A stretch of 64,000 nt of DNA, from the NCBI GenBank assembly GCA_040218735.1, contig JAVJQW010000070.1:224001-288000 (forward strand), given 5' to 3'. Shown here piece by piece: positions 1 to 9,610 of the stretch. Every line of letters starts with the position of its first letter. The first letter of the stretch is position 1. The position numbers and the translations under genes are program-made. The notes under the pieces were generated by a model. It searched no databases. It worked only from the letters and a program-made list of their open reading frames with translations, and was not told the DNA's origin. Origin of the DNA: Deltaproteobacteria bacterium (GTDB lineage Bacteria > Myxococcota > Kuafuiibacteriia > Kuafuiibacteriales > Kuafuiibacteriaceae).

Positions 1-2
1 GC

Positions 3-806
3 GTGCTGTTCCCGCGCGACCTGCAGGGCAGCTATCTGATCTTCGATCGCGGACGCGATCAGATCGCCGCGGAGATCGCGAAGACCTCCGGCGCCGAGCG
101 GCGCCTCGCGCTGCCCGACGGGCAGTACGTGGTGAAGAAGCGCCTCACCGATCACCTGCGCATGGCGAACTTCTCGCTCGCGCGCGGCACCTACTACACG
201 GTGGACGAAGGTGTAATGGAGAAGGTCGCGTTCGAGGACGACTACGCGAAGGGCCCGGCGGTGCGCGCCGCGCTGATCCGCGATCGCGCGACGCGCGGGA
301 CGCTGAAGGGCATCGTGATGTACCAGAGCTTCTTCTCCTCCGACGCGCGCGCGGATCTCGTCCCGCCCACCGCGCTGTTCGGCGCGAGCCTGGAGCTGGC
401 GCCGCTGCTCTCGGCGCACATCGGCTTCGAGCTGCTCGTCGGGGGGGTGAAGGATCAGACGCTCACGCTGGACGGGGTGTCGCTGCCGTTCGACTTCTTC
501 GAGACGCAGGTCGCGGTGTCGATGCAGTGGCACTTCGGCCTCGGGATGTTCGATCTGTACGTGGGGCCGCGGTTGTCCGGCATCTACCTGCGGCGCTCGT
601 TCCCGAAGGACGACGATCTCAAGGACTACACGCAGGACTTCTTCGGGATGAGCCCGGCGCTGTCCGGCGGCGTGGCGTTCTTCCCGGGCGACGACCGTGA
701 CTTCTCGATCGAGCTCGCCACCCGCGCGGGTTACCTGGCGTTCTCCGTGGAGAACCGCTCGCTGTTCTACGGCGAGATGGGCGTGATGATGGGGTACCGA
801 CTATGA
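3..806 (+). CDS. C-terminal part (5'-truncated) of a probable myxobacterial caspase-family-associated protein ending in an outer-membrane beta-barrel-like domain
   Basis: Open from the window edge. 'AEIAK..G..RRLALPDGQYVVKKR' resembles the segment following the C14 domain in myxobacterial caspase proteins. Amphipathic beta strands end in 'MGYRL'. The catalytic domain is not in the window. Confidence 0.55.
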   Translation: MLFPRDLQGSYLIFDRGRDQIAAEIAKTSGAERRLALPDGQYVVKKRLTDHLRMANFSLARGTYYTVDEGVMEKVAFEDDYAKGPAVRAALIRDRATRGTLKGIVMYQSFFSSDARADLVPPTALFGASLELAPLLSAHIGFELLVGGVKDQTLTLDGVSLPFDFFETQVAVSMQWHFGLGMFDLYVGPRLSGIYLRRSFPKDDDLKDYTQDFFGMSPALSGGVAFFPGDDRDFSIELATRAGYLAFSVENRSLFYGEMGVMMGYRL

Positions 807-1798
807 AGCGACTCGCGCTGGTCTTGGTGGCGTTCGCGATGGGCTGCAACGCGGCCTACTCGAACGAGGACATCCTCTTCCTGAAGGCGCTCCCGCGCGG
901 GCTGTCGATCGAGTTGCCGGAGCAGGACACGACGGCGAGCGGGCTGCGCCCGGCGGAGGGGTTCGACGGGGACCACGCGAAGTTCCAGAGCGACGCGACG
1001 AACGCTGCGAAGGAGATCAACGCGGTGATCGCCGAGGTCTTCACGTACGTCGACTTCGTCGTGGAGAACGTCGACCCGGTCGTGGAGGACGAGGACACGC
1101 GAATCTGGGGCCCCTTCCCGATCGAGGACGGCAACGAGATCGCGCTGCTCATCAACCACGTGCGGACCTCCACCGAGGCCGGCCCCTTCGTGGACCAGGG
1201 GGCGGTGGTCCGGACCGACGATCATTTCACGTACTGGTTCGCGGTGCGCCCCCAGGGCGGCACCGACGACGAGTGGATCCCGATCATCGCGGGTCAGACG
1301 GTCCCGATCGAGGGCACGCGCCACGGCGCCGGACTGCTCATCCTGAACCTCGCGGCCGTGCAGCCCGGCGAGCCTGTCATCGCGATCGGCTACGACAGTC
1401 GGTTGGACGACGGCTTCCGCGAATCGATCGACGTCGCGGTCGACGTCGACCTCCAACAGGGCGCGAAGTTCGACCCGGAGGGGGCGTGGCTGTGGCGCCG
1501 CGACGACGTCGGCACGACGGACTTCGCGCTCATCGTGCTGCAGAACCTCCCGAACACGGGGCCGCGGCTCGAGAAGTTCATCATCGCGACGCGTTGGTTC
1601 GCGGCGGGCTTCGGGCGCGCCGACGTGGTGCTGGAGGACGGCGACCTCGGCAACCTCGTCTTCTACGCGAGTGAGTGCTGGAACCCGGGCTTCGATCGCA
1701 CGTACTTCGCGTCGAACGCGCCGCAGCTCCAAGACCAGATCACCGGTACGCCGGACGACTGCGCCGAGGGGCTCCGCCAGCCCTTCGGCGGCGACTGA
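803..1798 (+). CDS. Lipoprotein of unknown function
   Basis: MKR + hydrophobic stretch + lipobox 'AMGC'; ATGA overlap with the upstream gene. Confidence 0.75.
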   Translation: MKRLALVLVAFAMGCNAAYSNEDILFLKALPRGLSIELPEQDTTASGLRPAEGFDGDHAKFQSDATNAAKEINAVIAEVFTYVDFVVENVDPVVEDEDTRIWGPFPIEDGNEIALLINHVRTSTEAGPFVDQGAVVRTDDHFTYWFAVRPQGGTDDEWIPIIAGQTVPIEGTRHGAGLLILNLAAVQPGEPVIAIGYDSRLDDGFRESIDVAVDVDLQQGAKFDPEGAWLWRRDDVGTTDFALIVLQNLPNTGPRLEKFIIATRWFAAGFGRADVVLEDGDLGNLVFYASECWNPGFDRTYFASNAPQLQDQITGTPDDCAEGLRQPFGGD

Positions 1799-1799
1799 T

Positions 1800-3155
1800 T
1801 CACTTCGGGCAGCCGTACGAGCTCTTGCTCTTGTTGTTCCACCCGTTGTGCGCCTGGCGCAGCTTCCGGGCCTGATCCGGTCCGAGCTCCGAAGCGATCG
1901 CCTGCTCCAGCCGATCACCCGACGACGTCAGCGTGCGGAACATCCGTTCGACCGGCTGCAGCTCCGTCCCCTCGGGCGGCGGCGGTAGGCGCCCCGCCCG
2001 CTCGTGGGACAGGCGCAAGAAGAGCTGCTGCATCACCTCGCGCGGCGTCTTGTCCGTGATCTCCGCGAACATCGCCTCCGTCGCCATGCTCCCCGTGTTC
2101 GGGTCGCCGGTCACCGCGGTGTACGTCTGCTGGATGACCGCCTTCAGCTCGTCGTGGCTCGCCGCGAGGAGCTTGTCGGCGATCTCCCGCTCGCCCTCCG
2201 TGAGGCCGACCTTGTCCACGTCGGCGTCCGGCACGGTGGGCGGCTTCACGCCGGTCGACACCGCGTCCCACGCGACGAGGCAGTCGTCCGCGAAACGCTG
2301 CACCATCTTCTCGGAGGGCTCGAAGAACGGACGCTCGTCGGGCGCCTCCGCGAGCTCCTGCTTCACCTTCGCGAGCTCCCGCTTCAGGTGCAGGTTCTCG
2401 AGGTTGGCCTTCGTCAGCGCCTGGTGGAGCTCCTCGGGCGTCTCGTCCGTCGGGACGACGGGCTCGTCGACGACCACCGCGCGCGCCATCATCCCGTCCG
2501 CGGGCTTGTCGCGGGCCTTCGCCGACAGCTGCGGAGCGAACCGCTTCGGTTTGCCCTCGTCGGTCAGGCGCGCCGCCTCCCCCGCCTCGAGCGTGACCTC
2601 GCCACCCGGCGCGGCCGTCACCACCTTGCCCTCGTAGACCGTGACCACCACGGTGGTCGCGACGAGCGCCCCCGCCGCCGCGCCCACGAGCGCCGCCTTC
2701 TTCGACTCCATTTCGATGACCTCCACGCGGAAGCTCGTCCCGAGCACCCGCACCTTCTTGTCCTGCACGCGGACCTCGAAGGTCCCCCCGCGCTCTACTC
2801 GATAGAATACATTCCCGCGATTCTGCTGAACCACGGCCTCCCCGCGTCGGCCGATTCTCCAGGCCAACGCGCTCCCCGCCTCGGCGACCGCCGTCGCGCG
2901 ATCGCCGATCGCGATAGTCGTGCGCGTCGAGGGCGACGCCTCGCCCTGCGCCGACCGGTCGAACGCCCACACCACAGCGAACACCGCCGCCGCACCTGCG
3001 GCGAGCGCCATCCAGCGCCGGGACTTCGAACGGGGCTTCGGCGCCTCTTCCCGGGGCGCCTCGGGGACGACCCGCTCCGCGAGATCGTCGGGGAGCGCGG
3101 GCACGTCCCACGCGTCGAGCGCCTCACGCTCCTCGGGGGTGAACGCGTCGTTCAT
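1800..3155 (-). CDS. FecR-domain anti-sigma factor
   Basis: Start MNDAF at 3155 overlaps the sigma-factor stop. N-terminal ASD-like segment, TM 'WMALAAGAAAVFAVVWAF', FecR signatures 'G.VFYRV', 'VRVLGTSFRV', 'VTVYEGKV'. Confidence 0.8.
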   Translation of the reverse strand: MNDAFTPEEREALDAWDVPALPDDLAERVVPEAPREEAPKPRSKSRRWMALAAGAAAVFAVVWAFDRSAQGEASPSTRTTIAIGDRATAVAEAGSALAWRIGRRGEAVVQQNRGNVFYRVERGGTFEVRVQDKKVRVLGTSFRVEVIEMESKKAALVGAAAGALVATTVVVTVYEGKVVTAAPGGEVTLEAGEAARLTDEGKPKRFAPQLSAKARDKPADGMMARAVVVDEPVVPTDETPEELHQALTKANLENLHLKRELAKVKQELAEAPDERPFFEPSEKMVQRFADDCLVAWDAVSTGVKPPTVPDADVDKVGLTEGEREIADKLLAASHDELKAVIQQTYTAVTGDPNTGSMATEAMFAEITDKTPREVMQQLFLRLSHERAGRLPPPPEGTELQPVERMFRTLTSSGDRLEQAIASELGPDQARKLRQAHNGWNNKSKSSYGCPK

Positions 3156-3688
3156 CGTTCCTCCTCCCGCACCGACGCGAGCGCCGCCCGGGCGCGCGCG
3201 ATGCGTGACTTCACCGTGCCGATCTCGACCGCCTGGATGCGGGCGATCTCGGCGTAGTCGAGGTCGTGGTACGCGCGCAGCACGAGCGCGGCGCGGGTGT
3301 CGTCGGGGAGCTTCATCATCTCGGCCTCCACGCGATCCACGAGGCGCATCGAAGCGACCCGCGACTCCGGGGACGGGGCGCGGTCGACGAGCTCGATCAC
3401 CTCGGCGTCGACGGACGGCTTGCGGAGGCGATCGATCGCGATGCGCGTGGCTATCGTGAGGATCCAGGTCGACAGCTTCGCGGGCCCCTTCGGATCGAAC
3501 CGCTCGAGCGCACGGACCACGCGCTCGAACGTCTCCTGCGCGGCGTCGACGACGTCCGGCGAGCCGCGCCCCAGCATGCGAAACAAGAGCGCGCCGACGC
3601 GCGGCTGGTAGAACCGAATGAGCTGCCGCTGAGCGTCCGGATCCTTCCGGCGCGCCCGTCCGAGCGTGACGTCGTCGAGCTCGTCCAC
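3152..3688 (-). CDS. ECF-type RNA polymerase sigma-70 factor
   Basis: 'DAAQETF', 'LSTWILTIA', region 4 'LPDDTRAALVL..YAEIA....GTVKSRIARAR'. GTG start at 3688 inferred; the ORF extends to 3730. Confidence 0.92.
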   Translation of the reverse strand: MDELDDVTLGRARRKDPDAQRQLIRFYQPRVGALLFRMLGRGSPDVVDAAQETFERVVRALERFDPKGPAKLSTWILTIATRIAIDRLRKPSVDAEVIELVDRAPSPESRVASMRLVDRVEAEMMKLPDDTRAALVLRAYHDLDYAEIARIQAVEIGTVKSRIARARAALASVREEER

Positions 3689-4001
3689 GCGCGAATCCTC
3701 GCTCGGTTTCAGCCGCCGCGCCGCCCGCACACCCCTTCCACGGCGGCGACACCGAAGAGTTCCCGAGCTTTTGCACTTTTTTCGAGCAACCTTTGAAATG
3801 TCCGTCCGATAACTACAGATGGTTACATTTGATGGCGTGCGCGGGCAGCGCAGTTTTCACGTCATCGCGAACGATTTTCAAAGCTTGCGACCGGCGGACG
3901 GTCGACAAGACGGTGCATGGCAAGCGAGGCCGGGTGCATGGGGCACCCGGTCTCGCGCTTTTCGTAACGGCCCCGCACCCAACGCCGTACCCTGGGGCGT
4001 G

Positions 4002-5024
4002 ATGAGAGTCCTCGTCCTCGGACTGGCCACCTCCCTCCTCGGCTGCACGGCCTCGGCCCACGCCGCGACGCCCCCCGAGCTCGGCGACGTCGCCTGGCTC
4101 CGCGACTACGACCAGGCGAAGAAACGCGCGAAGTCCGAGGGCAAACCGATCCTGATCCTCTTCGACGAGGTCCCCGGCTGTCAGACCTGCGTGCGCTACG
4201 GGCAGAGCGTCCTCCGCCACCCGCTGATCGTCGAAGCCGCCGAGACGGAGTTCGTACCCGTCGCGATCTACAACAACGTCGGCGGCAAGGACCGCGCGGT
4301 CCTGAAGCAGTACAAGGAGCCGACCTGGAACAACCCCGTGGTGCGCATCGTCGACGCCGACGAACAGGGGCTCACCCCGCGCCTCGCCGGCGACTACTCC
4401 CGCGCGGGCCTCGTGCGCGCGATGATCACCAGCCTCGAAGAACTCGGCCGCCCCGTCCCGCAGTACCTGACGATCCTCGCGACCGAGCTCGGCGCGCAGA
4501 CCAAGACCACGGCGCGCGCGGTGTTCTCGATGTACTGCTTCTGGTCGGGCGAAGCCTGCCTCGGCAACGTCGACGGCGTCGTCGCTTCACGCACCGGGTT
4601 CCTGAACGGCTCGGAGGTCGTCGAGATCACCTACGACCCGTCGAAGCTCTCCTACGATCGACTCGTCGCGGCCGCTAAACAGGGCAACTGCGCCTCCCGC
4701 GTGCTCGCCCGCAACGGCGACGAAGCGACGGTCGCCGCGAAACACTTCGGCACCTCCGTCTCCGTCACCGGCAAGTCGGTGCGCGGCTCCGAGAAGGACG
4801 ACAAGTACCAGCTCCGCCACACGCCGTGGCGCTTCGTCCCCATGACGGACCTGCAGGCGAGCCGCGCGAACTCGATGGTCGGACGCGGGCAAGATCCGTC
4901 GCGCCTGTTCTCGCCGCACCAGCGCGCGCTGTTCGAGAAGGCGAAGAAGAAGTCCGGCGCCGTCGTGCTCTTCGAGGAAGACCTCGTCGCGGCGTTCGAG
5001 AAGGCCGAGCGCGCCCTGAACTGA
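4002..5024 (+). CDS. VPGUxxT-family thioredoxin-like protein (Cys form) with C-terminal MsrA-like domain
   Basis: Signal peptide, 'LFDEVPGCQTC' CxxC motif, 'WNNPVVR', later 'FSMYCFWSGEA..EVVEITYDP' resembling MsrA GCFWG. Confidence 0.8.
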   Translation: MRVLVLGLATSLLGCTASAHAATPPELGDVAWLRDYDQAKKRAKSEGKPILILFDEVPGCQTCVRYGQSVLRHPLIVEAAETEFVPVAIYNNVGGKDRAVLKQYKEPTWNNPVVRIVDADEQGLTPRLAGDYSRAGLVRAMITSLEELGRPVPQYLTILATELGAQTKTTARAVFSMYCFWSGEACLGNVDGVVASRTGFLNGSEVVEITYDPSKLSYDRLVAAAKQGNCASRVLARNGDEATVAAKHFGTSVSVTGKSVRGSEKDDKYQLRHTPWRFVPMTDLQASRANSMVGRGQDPSRLFSPHQRALFEKAKKKSGAVVLFEEDLVAAFEKAERALN

Positions 5025-5039
5025 CCCCCTCCGAATTCG

Positions 5040-6164
5040 ATGACCGGCCGAACGCCGCCGCACATCCTCCCCACGATCGTCGGCGCGCAGTTCGCCGGCG
5101 GTTCGCTGTGGTTCGCGGGAAACGCAGTGCTCCCTCAGCTACGCGCCGAGCTGGGCATCGACGGCGACGTCGCGTCCGTCACCGCCGCCGTCCAGATCGG
5201 CTTCATCCTCGGCACGGCGTTCCTCGCCGCGTCGGGGCTCGCGGATCGATTCACGGGGCGCGCGGTCTTCTTCGTCTCCGTCGTCGTGGGCGCGGTCGCG
5301 AACGTCGCGGTGCTGCTCGCCGAAGATCTTTGGACGCTCGTCGCGCTGCGCTTCGTCGTCGGCGTGGCGCTCGCCGGCATCTACCCCGTCGGCATGAAAA
5401 TCGCCGCGGGCTGGTACGAAGCCGGGCTGGGCCGCGCGCTCGGATTCCTCGTAGGCGCGCTCGTGCTCGGCACCGCGTTCCCGCACCTCGTCGGCAGCGC
5501 GTTGCCGTGGCGCTGGACCCTCGTCGCGGTCTCCGCGCTCGCGTTCGTGGGCGGCGCCCTGCTCTTTGCGTTCGTCCCCGACGGCCCCCACGTGCGCGCG
5601 TCGACGTTCGACCTCGGCGCCATCCCCAAGCTCCTCCGCATCCCGCGCTTCCGCGGCGCGGCGCTCGGCTACTTCGGACACATGTGGGAGCTCTACACGT
5701 TCTGGGCGTTCCTCCCGGCGTTGCTCATCCGCTACGGAGACCTCCCCGTCGCCGAGATCAGCTTCGCGGTGATCGCGTCGGGCGTCGTGGGTTGTGTCGG
5801 CGGCGGACTCCTCGTCGAACGCCTCTCGGGTCGCCGGGTCGCGCAGGTCCAGCTCGCGGCCTCCGGCGTCTGCTGTCTGCTCCTCGCCTTTGCCATCGAG
5901 CTGCCGCCCGCCGCGTTCGTCGCGTTCCTCTTCGTGTGGGGCGTGACGGTGGTCGGCGACAGCCCGCAGTACTCCGCGATCACCGCGCGAGCCGCGCCGC
6001 CACAGCTCATCGGTACCGGGCTCGCGTTCGTCACGAGCGTCGGCTTCGCCCTCACCGTGGCGAGCATCGCGATCGTGCAGCGCGCCGACGACCTCGTCTT
6101 CGCGCTCACCGCGCTCGCCATCGGACCGGTCCTCGGTCTCGTCGGCCTCGCCCGCGCGCGTTAA
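5040..6164 (+). CDS. MFS transporter
   Basis: About 12 hydrophobic segments; 'GLADRF' motif A; 'GHMWELY' and 'DSPQYSA' motifs. Confidence 0.88.
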   Translation: MTGRTPPHILPTIVGAQFAGGSLWFAGNAVLPQLRAELGIDGDVASVTAAVQIGFILGTAFLAASGLADRFTGRAVFFVSVVVGAVANVAVLLAEDLWTLVALRFVVGVALAGIYPVGMKIAAGWYEAGLGRALGFLVGALVLGTAFPHLVGSALPWRWTLVAVSALAFVGGALLFAFVPDGPHVRASTFDLGAIPKLLRIPRFRGAALGYFGHMWELYTFWAFLPALLIRYGDLPVAEISFAVIASGVVGCVGGGLLVERLSGRRVAQVQLAASGVCCLLLAFAIELPPAAFVAFLFVWGVTVVGDSPQYSAITARAAPPQLIGTGLAFVTSVGFALTVASIAIVQRADDLVFALTALAIGPVLGLVGLARAR

Positions 6165-6598
6165 CGCTCGACCCAGATCGTCACCGGGCCGTCGTTCAAG
6201 AGCTCCACCTTCATGTCCGCGGCGAAGCGCCCCGTCTGAACGTCCGGCACGTAGCCCTTCAGCAGCTCGACGAAGCGCGCGCACGCACCCTCCGCGAACT
6301 CGGGCGCGCCGGCCTCCACGAAGCTCGGCCGGTTCCCCTTCTTCGCGTTGCCGTACAGCGTGAACTGGCTGACGACCAAGACCCCGCCGCCGGTGTCGAC
6401 GACACTGTCGTTCATCTTGCCGTCGGCGTCCGTGAAGATGCGGAGCGACGCGCACTTCTTCGCCATCCAGGCGAGGTCCTCGTCCGTGTCGCCGTCCTTG
6501 ATGCCGACCAGCAGGAGGAGGCCCGGCCCGATCTCTCCGACCGTCTCCCCCTCCACCTTCACACGCGCGTACGCGACGCGCTGCACGAGCACCCGCAT
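6161..6598 (-). CDS. dtd: D-aminoacyl-tRNA deacylase
   Basis: 'MRVLVQRV', 'SQFTL', 'KGNRPSF', 'NDGPVT'. Start at 6598 is coupled to the upstream stop. Confidence 0.95.
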   Translation of the reverse strand: MRVLVQRVAYARVKVEGETVGEIGPGLLLLVGIKDGDTDEDLAWMAKKCASLRIFTDADGKMNDSVVDTGGGVLVVSQFTLYGNAKKGNRPSFVEAGAPEFAEGACARFVELLKGYVPDVQTGRFAADMKVELLNDGPVTIWVER

Positions 6599-9327
6599 CA
6601 GGTCCGCGGCGGCCAGAGCTGCTCGGCCGCCACGTCGGCGGCCGGCGGCTCCGCGAGCAGGCGCGGCGAGATCCGAAGGTTCTCCACCGCCGTCGACGCG
6701 AGCACCCGTCCGCACGCGTCGTAGACGGCGTCGCCGTCGATGCCCTGGTACTTGTACACGTCGACCGGGCGGCCGCACTTCGACGCCTTCCGCACGCCGA
6801 GCACCTCCGCCTTCACACCAACGACGCTGCCGAGGTTGTCGACGATGCCCGGCTCGCCGTCGACGAGCGCCACCAGCGGGACGCGCCGCCCCGCGACCGA
6901 GACGAGGTCCGCGCGGTCACGGATCTCGATGGCCCCGTTCGAAGCGCCGTTCGCGCGCGTGATGTGCAGGTCACCGGTGATGCCCAAGCCTTCGCGGAGG
7001 TGACGGTAGTCGTTGTCGTGCGCGAGGTTGCCGCAGAGCAGATCGCCGCACGTCACGACAATGACGTTGGCGTAGATGCCCTCCTCGAGGAGCCGGTCGG
7101 ACGCGGCGAGCGCCTCCGTCCCGAGCGCACCCATCGAGAAGATGTTCACGACGTTCTCACCCGGCTCGTACCCGGCCGCGCCGCGGTGGTCGACGAGGTA
7201 GTAGCCGCCCTCGAGCGCGTCCTTGCGCGTGGTCTCGAGGATGTCCTCCTCGCTCCACCCCTCGAACCGCGCCGCCTTCGACAGGCGCTTCATCATCTCC
7301 GGCTGCTGCACCGCGCGCGTCACCGCGCGGATGATCACACCCGTGCGGTTCTTGTTGTCGCGCAGGTAGTGGCGCCGCACGGCGTCGGAGAGGATCCAGT
7401 CGATCTCCAACGAGTAGAAGGGCTCCCAGATGATGACGTTCGGCATCCCGATGTCGCTCTTCCAGCTGTGCTGCGCCCCCTCCGGCGCGAGCGTCACCCC
7501 CGACGGCGTCCCGACGCAGATGAACGACGAGCCCCAGTACAGGTTGTAGTAGAGCTGGTCGAACGCACGCTTGATGAAGAAGTCGTAGACGGTCATCACC
7601 GGCAGGAACGGGATGCCGACGTGGTCGTGCATCTTCCCGAACGCACCGACCGCCGACATGCAGTTCGCCTCCGCGATTTCGAAGCGGATGTGCCGCGCCC
7701 ACGCGTCCTCGTGCGGCGCCAGCTTCGGCCGACGACGGTCCGCGACGCCGAGCGCCTCCTCGTAGTCCTCCGAGTGCTCCGGCCCGTAGATGCGATCGTC
7801 CATCGCGGGGTTGATGTTCGTCGACGTGCCCACGTCCGGCGCCATCGTCAGGAACATGTCCGCCGCGGGGCCCCACCGCTTCTCGTCCCCCTCGAGCGGC
7901 TCCTGGGGCGCGTTGCCGTTCCGGATCGGCTCGTACGCGTTGCCGATGCGGATGATCTTCGCGGCGAGCTGCCCCCACACGTACTGCGTGTGCACGAGCG
8001 GCAGGTACTTCAGGTTCACGCCGAGCGTCTCCGGCAAGCCGTCTTGCACCGCCGAGTCGAAGCGCGTGACGTTGTCGTCCTTCAGCGCCCAGATCGCCTC
8101 CTGACCTTCGCGCATGATCTTGCGTCGCTCGGCGAGGAACGCGCCCGGCTCGGTGTCCTCTGCGAACAGCTCGAACGGCGCGTCGTTGTCGAGCCCCTCG
8201 CTCTCGAGGAGCGCCTCCACCTCGTCGCCCTTCGGCACCGCGTTGTGGTTGCCGGGCGCCGCGTAGCTCTCGAGGCCCCAGCCCTTGATCGTGTGCGCGA
8301 CGATCAGCGTCGGGTTGATCGGGTCGAGCTTGCTGCGCCGGAGCGCGTCGAGCATGACCGCGACGTCGTGGCCGCCGAGGTCCGCGAAGATCGCGTAGAC
8401 CTCGTCGTCGCGGTACTCGGCGAGCGCCTTCTCGAGCTTCTTGTCGAGCGCGACGAGGCGCTCGCGCACGACGCTGCCGTCGCGGCGGAGCACCAACATC
8501 TGGAACTCGAAGTCCGAGAACGCCTCCTCGAGCACCTTGCGGAGGACGGCGCCGCCCTCCTTCTCGAACGCCGCGAGGCGCTTGCGACCGTGCTGCGCCT
8601 GGATGACGTCCCACCCGTTGGCGACGCAGACGCGCTCCATGCGCGAGGCGTCGGTGCCCCGGATGCCGCGCATGTTCGGGATGCGGGTGCCGTCGAGGTT
8701 CTGGCGGTTGTAGTCGACGATCCAGGTGACGTTGCCGAGCTCGCGCTCGGCGGCGTCCGGGAGCGCCTCCATCAGCGAGCCCTCGCGGAACTCGGAGTCC
8801 CCCATCAGCGACCAGAAGTGCGCGTCCTTCGGCACACGCAGCTTGTGATCGTCCGCGTAGCGGTAAGCGAGCGCGGTGTAGATCGAGACCACCGGCGGGA
8901 TGCCGACCGAGCCGGACGGGAAGTAGACGTTGCCGTCCGGGTCGCTCTCCGCGTGGTAGCTCTGGAACACGGGCTCGCCGTTCTGCGAGAACTTCCGCAG
9001 GCGGTACATGACCTCGGCGCCCTCGTCGTCCGAGAGCCACTTGCGACCGTAGGGCTCGTGGAACATGCCCATCAGGTAGTTGAGCGAGTGATCGACCGGC
9101 GAAGCGTGCGGCTTCACGGCGATCAGGTCCTGGGGCTGCCGCACGCCGAGGTGCAGCGCGGACATGATGTGAACGCAGGACGAGCAGGCGGCGGGGTGCC
9201 CGCCGACCTTCGGATCGCCCTCCATCACGTCGTCGCGGTGGTTGGCTTCGTAGATCATCTTCGTCGCGTAGACGAAGGCACGGCGCGCGATGCGCTCGAT
9301 GACGGCGACTTCCTTGGGGTCCCTCAT
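6598..9327 (-). CDS. aceE: Pyruvate dehydrogenase E1 (homodimeric AceE/transketolase-like ThDP enzyme)
   Basis: 'KVGGH', ThDP motif 'GDSE(X)nWIVDYNRQNLD', 'HTIKGWGL', 'FEIAEAN', 'YDFFIKR', 'TLAPEGAQH'. Confidence 0.8.
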   Translation of the reverse strand: MRDPKEVAVIERIARRAFVYATKMIYEANHRDDVMEGDPKVGGHPAACSSCVHIMSALHLGVRQPQDLIAVKPHASPVDHSLNYLMGMFHEPYGRKWLSDDEGAEVMYRLRKFSQNGEPVFQSYHAESDPDGNVYFPSGSVGIPPVVSIYTALAYRYADDHKLRVPKDAHFWSLMGDSEFREGSLMEALPDAAERELGNVTWIVDYNRQNLDGTRIPNMRGIRGTDASRMERVCVANGWDVIQAQHGRKRLAAFEKEGGAVLRKVLEEAFSDFEFQMLVLRRDGSVVRERLVALDKKLEKALAEYRDDEVYAIFADLGGHDVAVMLDALRRSKLDPINPTLIVAHTIKGWGLESYAAPGNHNAVPKGDEVEALLESEGLDNDAPFELFAEDTEPGAFLAERRKIMREGQEAIWALKDDNVTRFDSAVQDGLPETLGVNLKYLPLVHTQYVWGQLAAKIIRIGNAYEPIRNGNAPQEPLEGDEKRWGPAADMFLTMAPDVGTSTNINPAMDDRIYGPEHSEDYEEALGVADRRRPKLAPHEDAWARHIRFEIAEANCMSAVGAFGKMHDHVGIPFLPVMTVYDFFIKRAFDQLYYNLYWGSSFICVGTPSGVTLAPEGAQHSWKSDIGMPNVIIWEPFYSLEIDWILSDAVRRHYLRDNKNRTGVIIRAVTRAVQQPEMMKRLSKAARFEGWSEEDILETTRKDALEGGYYLVDHRGAAGYEPGENVVNIFSMGALGTEALAASDRLLEEGIYANVIVVTCGDLLCGNLAHDNDYRHLREGLGITGDLHITRANGASNGAIEIRDRADLVSVAGRRVPLVALVDGEPGIVDNLGSVVGVKAEVLGVRKASKCGRPVDVYKYQGIDGDAVYDACGRVLASTAVENLRISPRLLAEPPAADVAAEQLWPPRT

Positions 9328-9420
9328 GGCTGTGGTCGCCTGTTAGACCAGGACGCCCCGCCCCGCCACAACCACGTACTTTTGCCGGTTGACGGCCTCG
9401 CGCGACTCGGATAAATAATA

Positions 9421-9437
9421 TTGAGAATGGTTCTCAA
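9421..9437. promoter_or_regulatory. Fur-box-like palindrome 1, overlapping a likely + strand promoter (-35 TTGACG at 9389-9394, AT-rich -10 region at 9411-9421)
   Basis: TTGAGAA-TGG-TTCTCAA is an inverted repeat with perfect 7-bp arms matching the TGATAATnATTATCA 7-1-7 Fur core, in an AT-rich patch of a 70% GC genome. Confidence 0.7.
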
Positions 9438-9565
9438 AATCAGTTGAGTCCCCTTTGCCCGGCGCCGACACGAAACCGAATTCGATGCATCGACCCCTTA
9501 CCCGCGAAGCCTCGAAACACTCTTGGTCGGTTCGTCGTCGGCGCCGGGGTGTGCTTCACCCCGCG
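9424..9565 (+). ncRNA. Candidate Fur-regulated structured RNA (sRNA or leader)
   Basis: About 21-bp stem 9458-9479/9527-9548, an overlapping alternative hairpin 9545-9563, and C-rich single-stranded motifs. Boundaries are inferred. Confidence 0.4.
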
Positions 9566-9610
9566 CGACCGATGGGGTATCTGCGCAGTTGCCAGGATGT
9601 AGGCTGATTT

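Noticed and set aside
3156-3776. 658-aa version of the anti-sigma ORF
   Set aside because: The extension overlaps the ECF sigma gene in another frame; ATG 3155 gives a normal 4-nt overlap.
3802-3829. dif-like site (CCGTCCGATAA left arm)
   Set aside because: With a 6-bp spacer the right arm ATGGTTACATT does not match TTATGTTAAAT; more likely a regulator site in the divergent promoter.
4168-4190. Selenocysteine recoding in the VPG(U) motif
   Set aside because: The codon is TGT (Cys) and there is no in-frame TGA.
9485-9607. 40-aa ORF inside the Fur-flanked region
   Set aside because: No SD and atypical codon usage; the RNA structure explains the sequence better.
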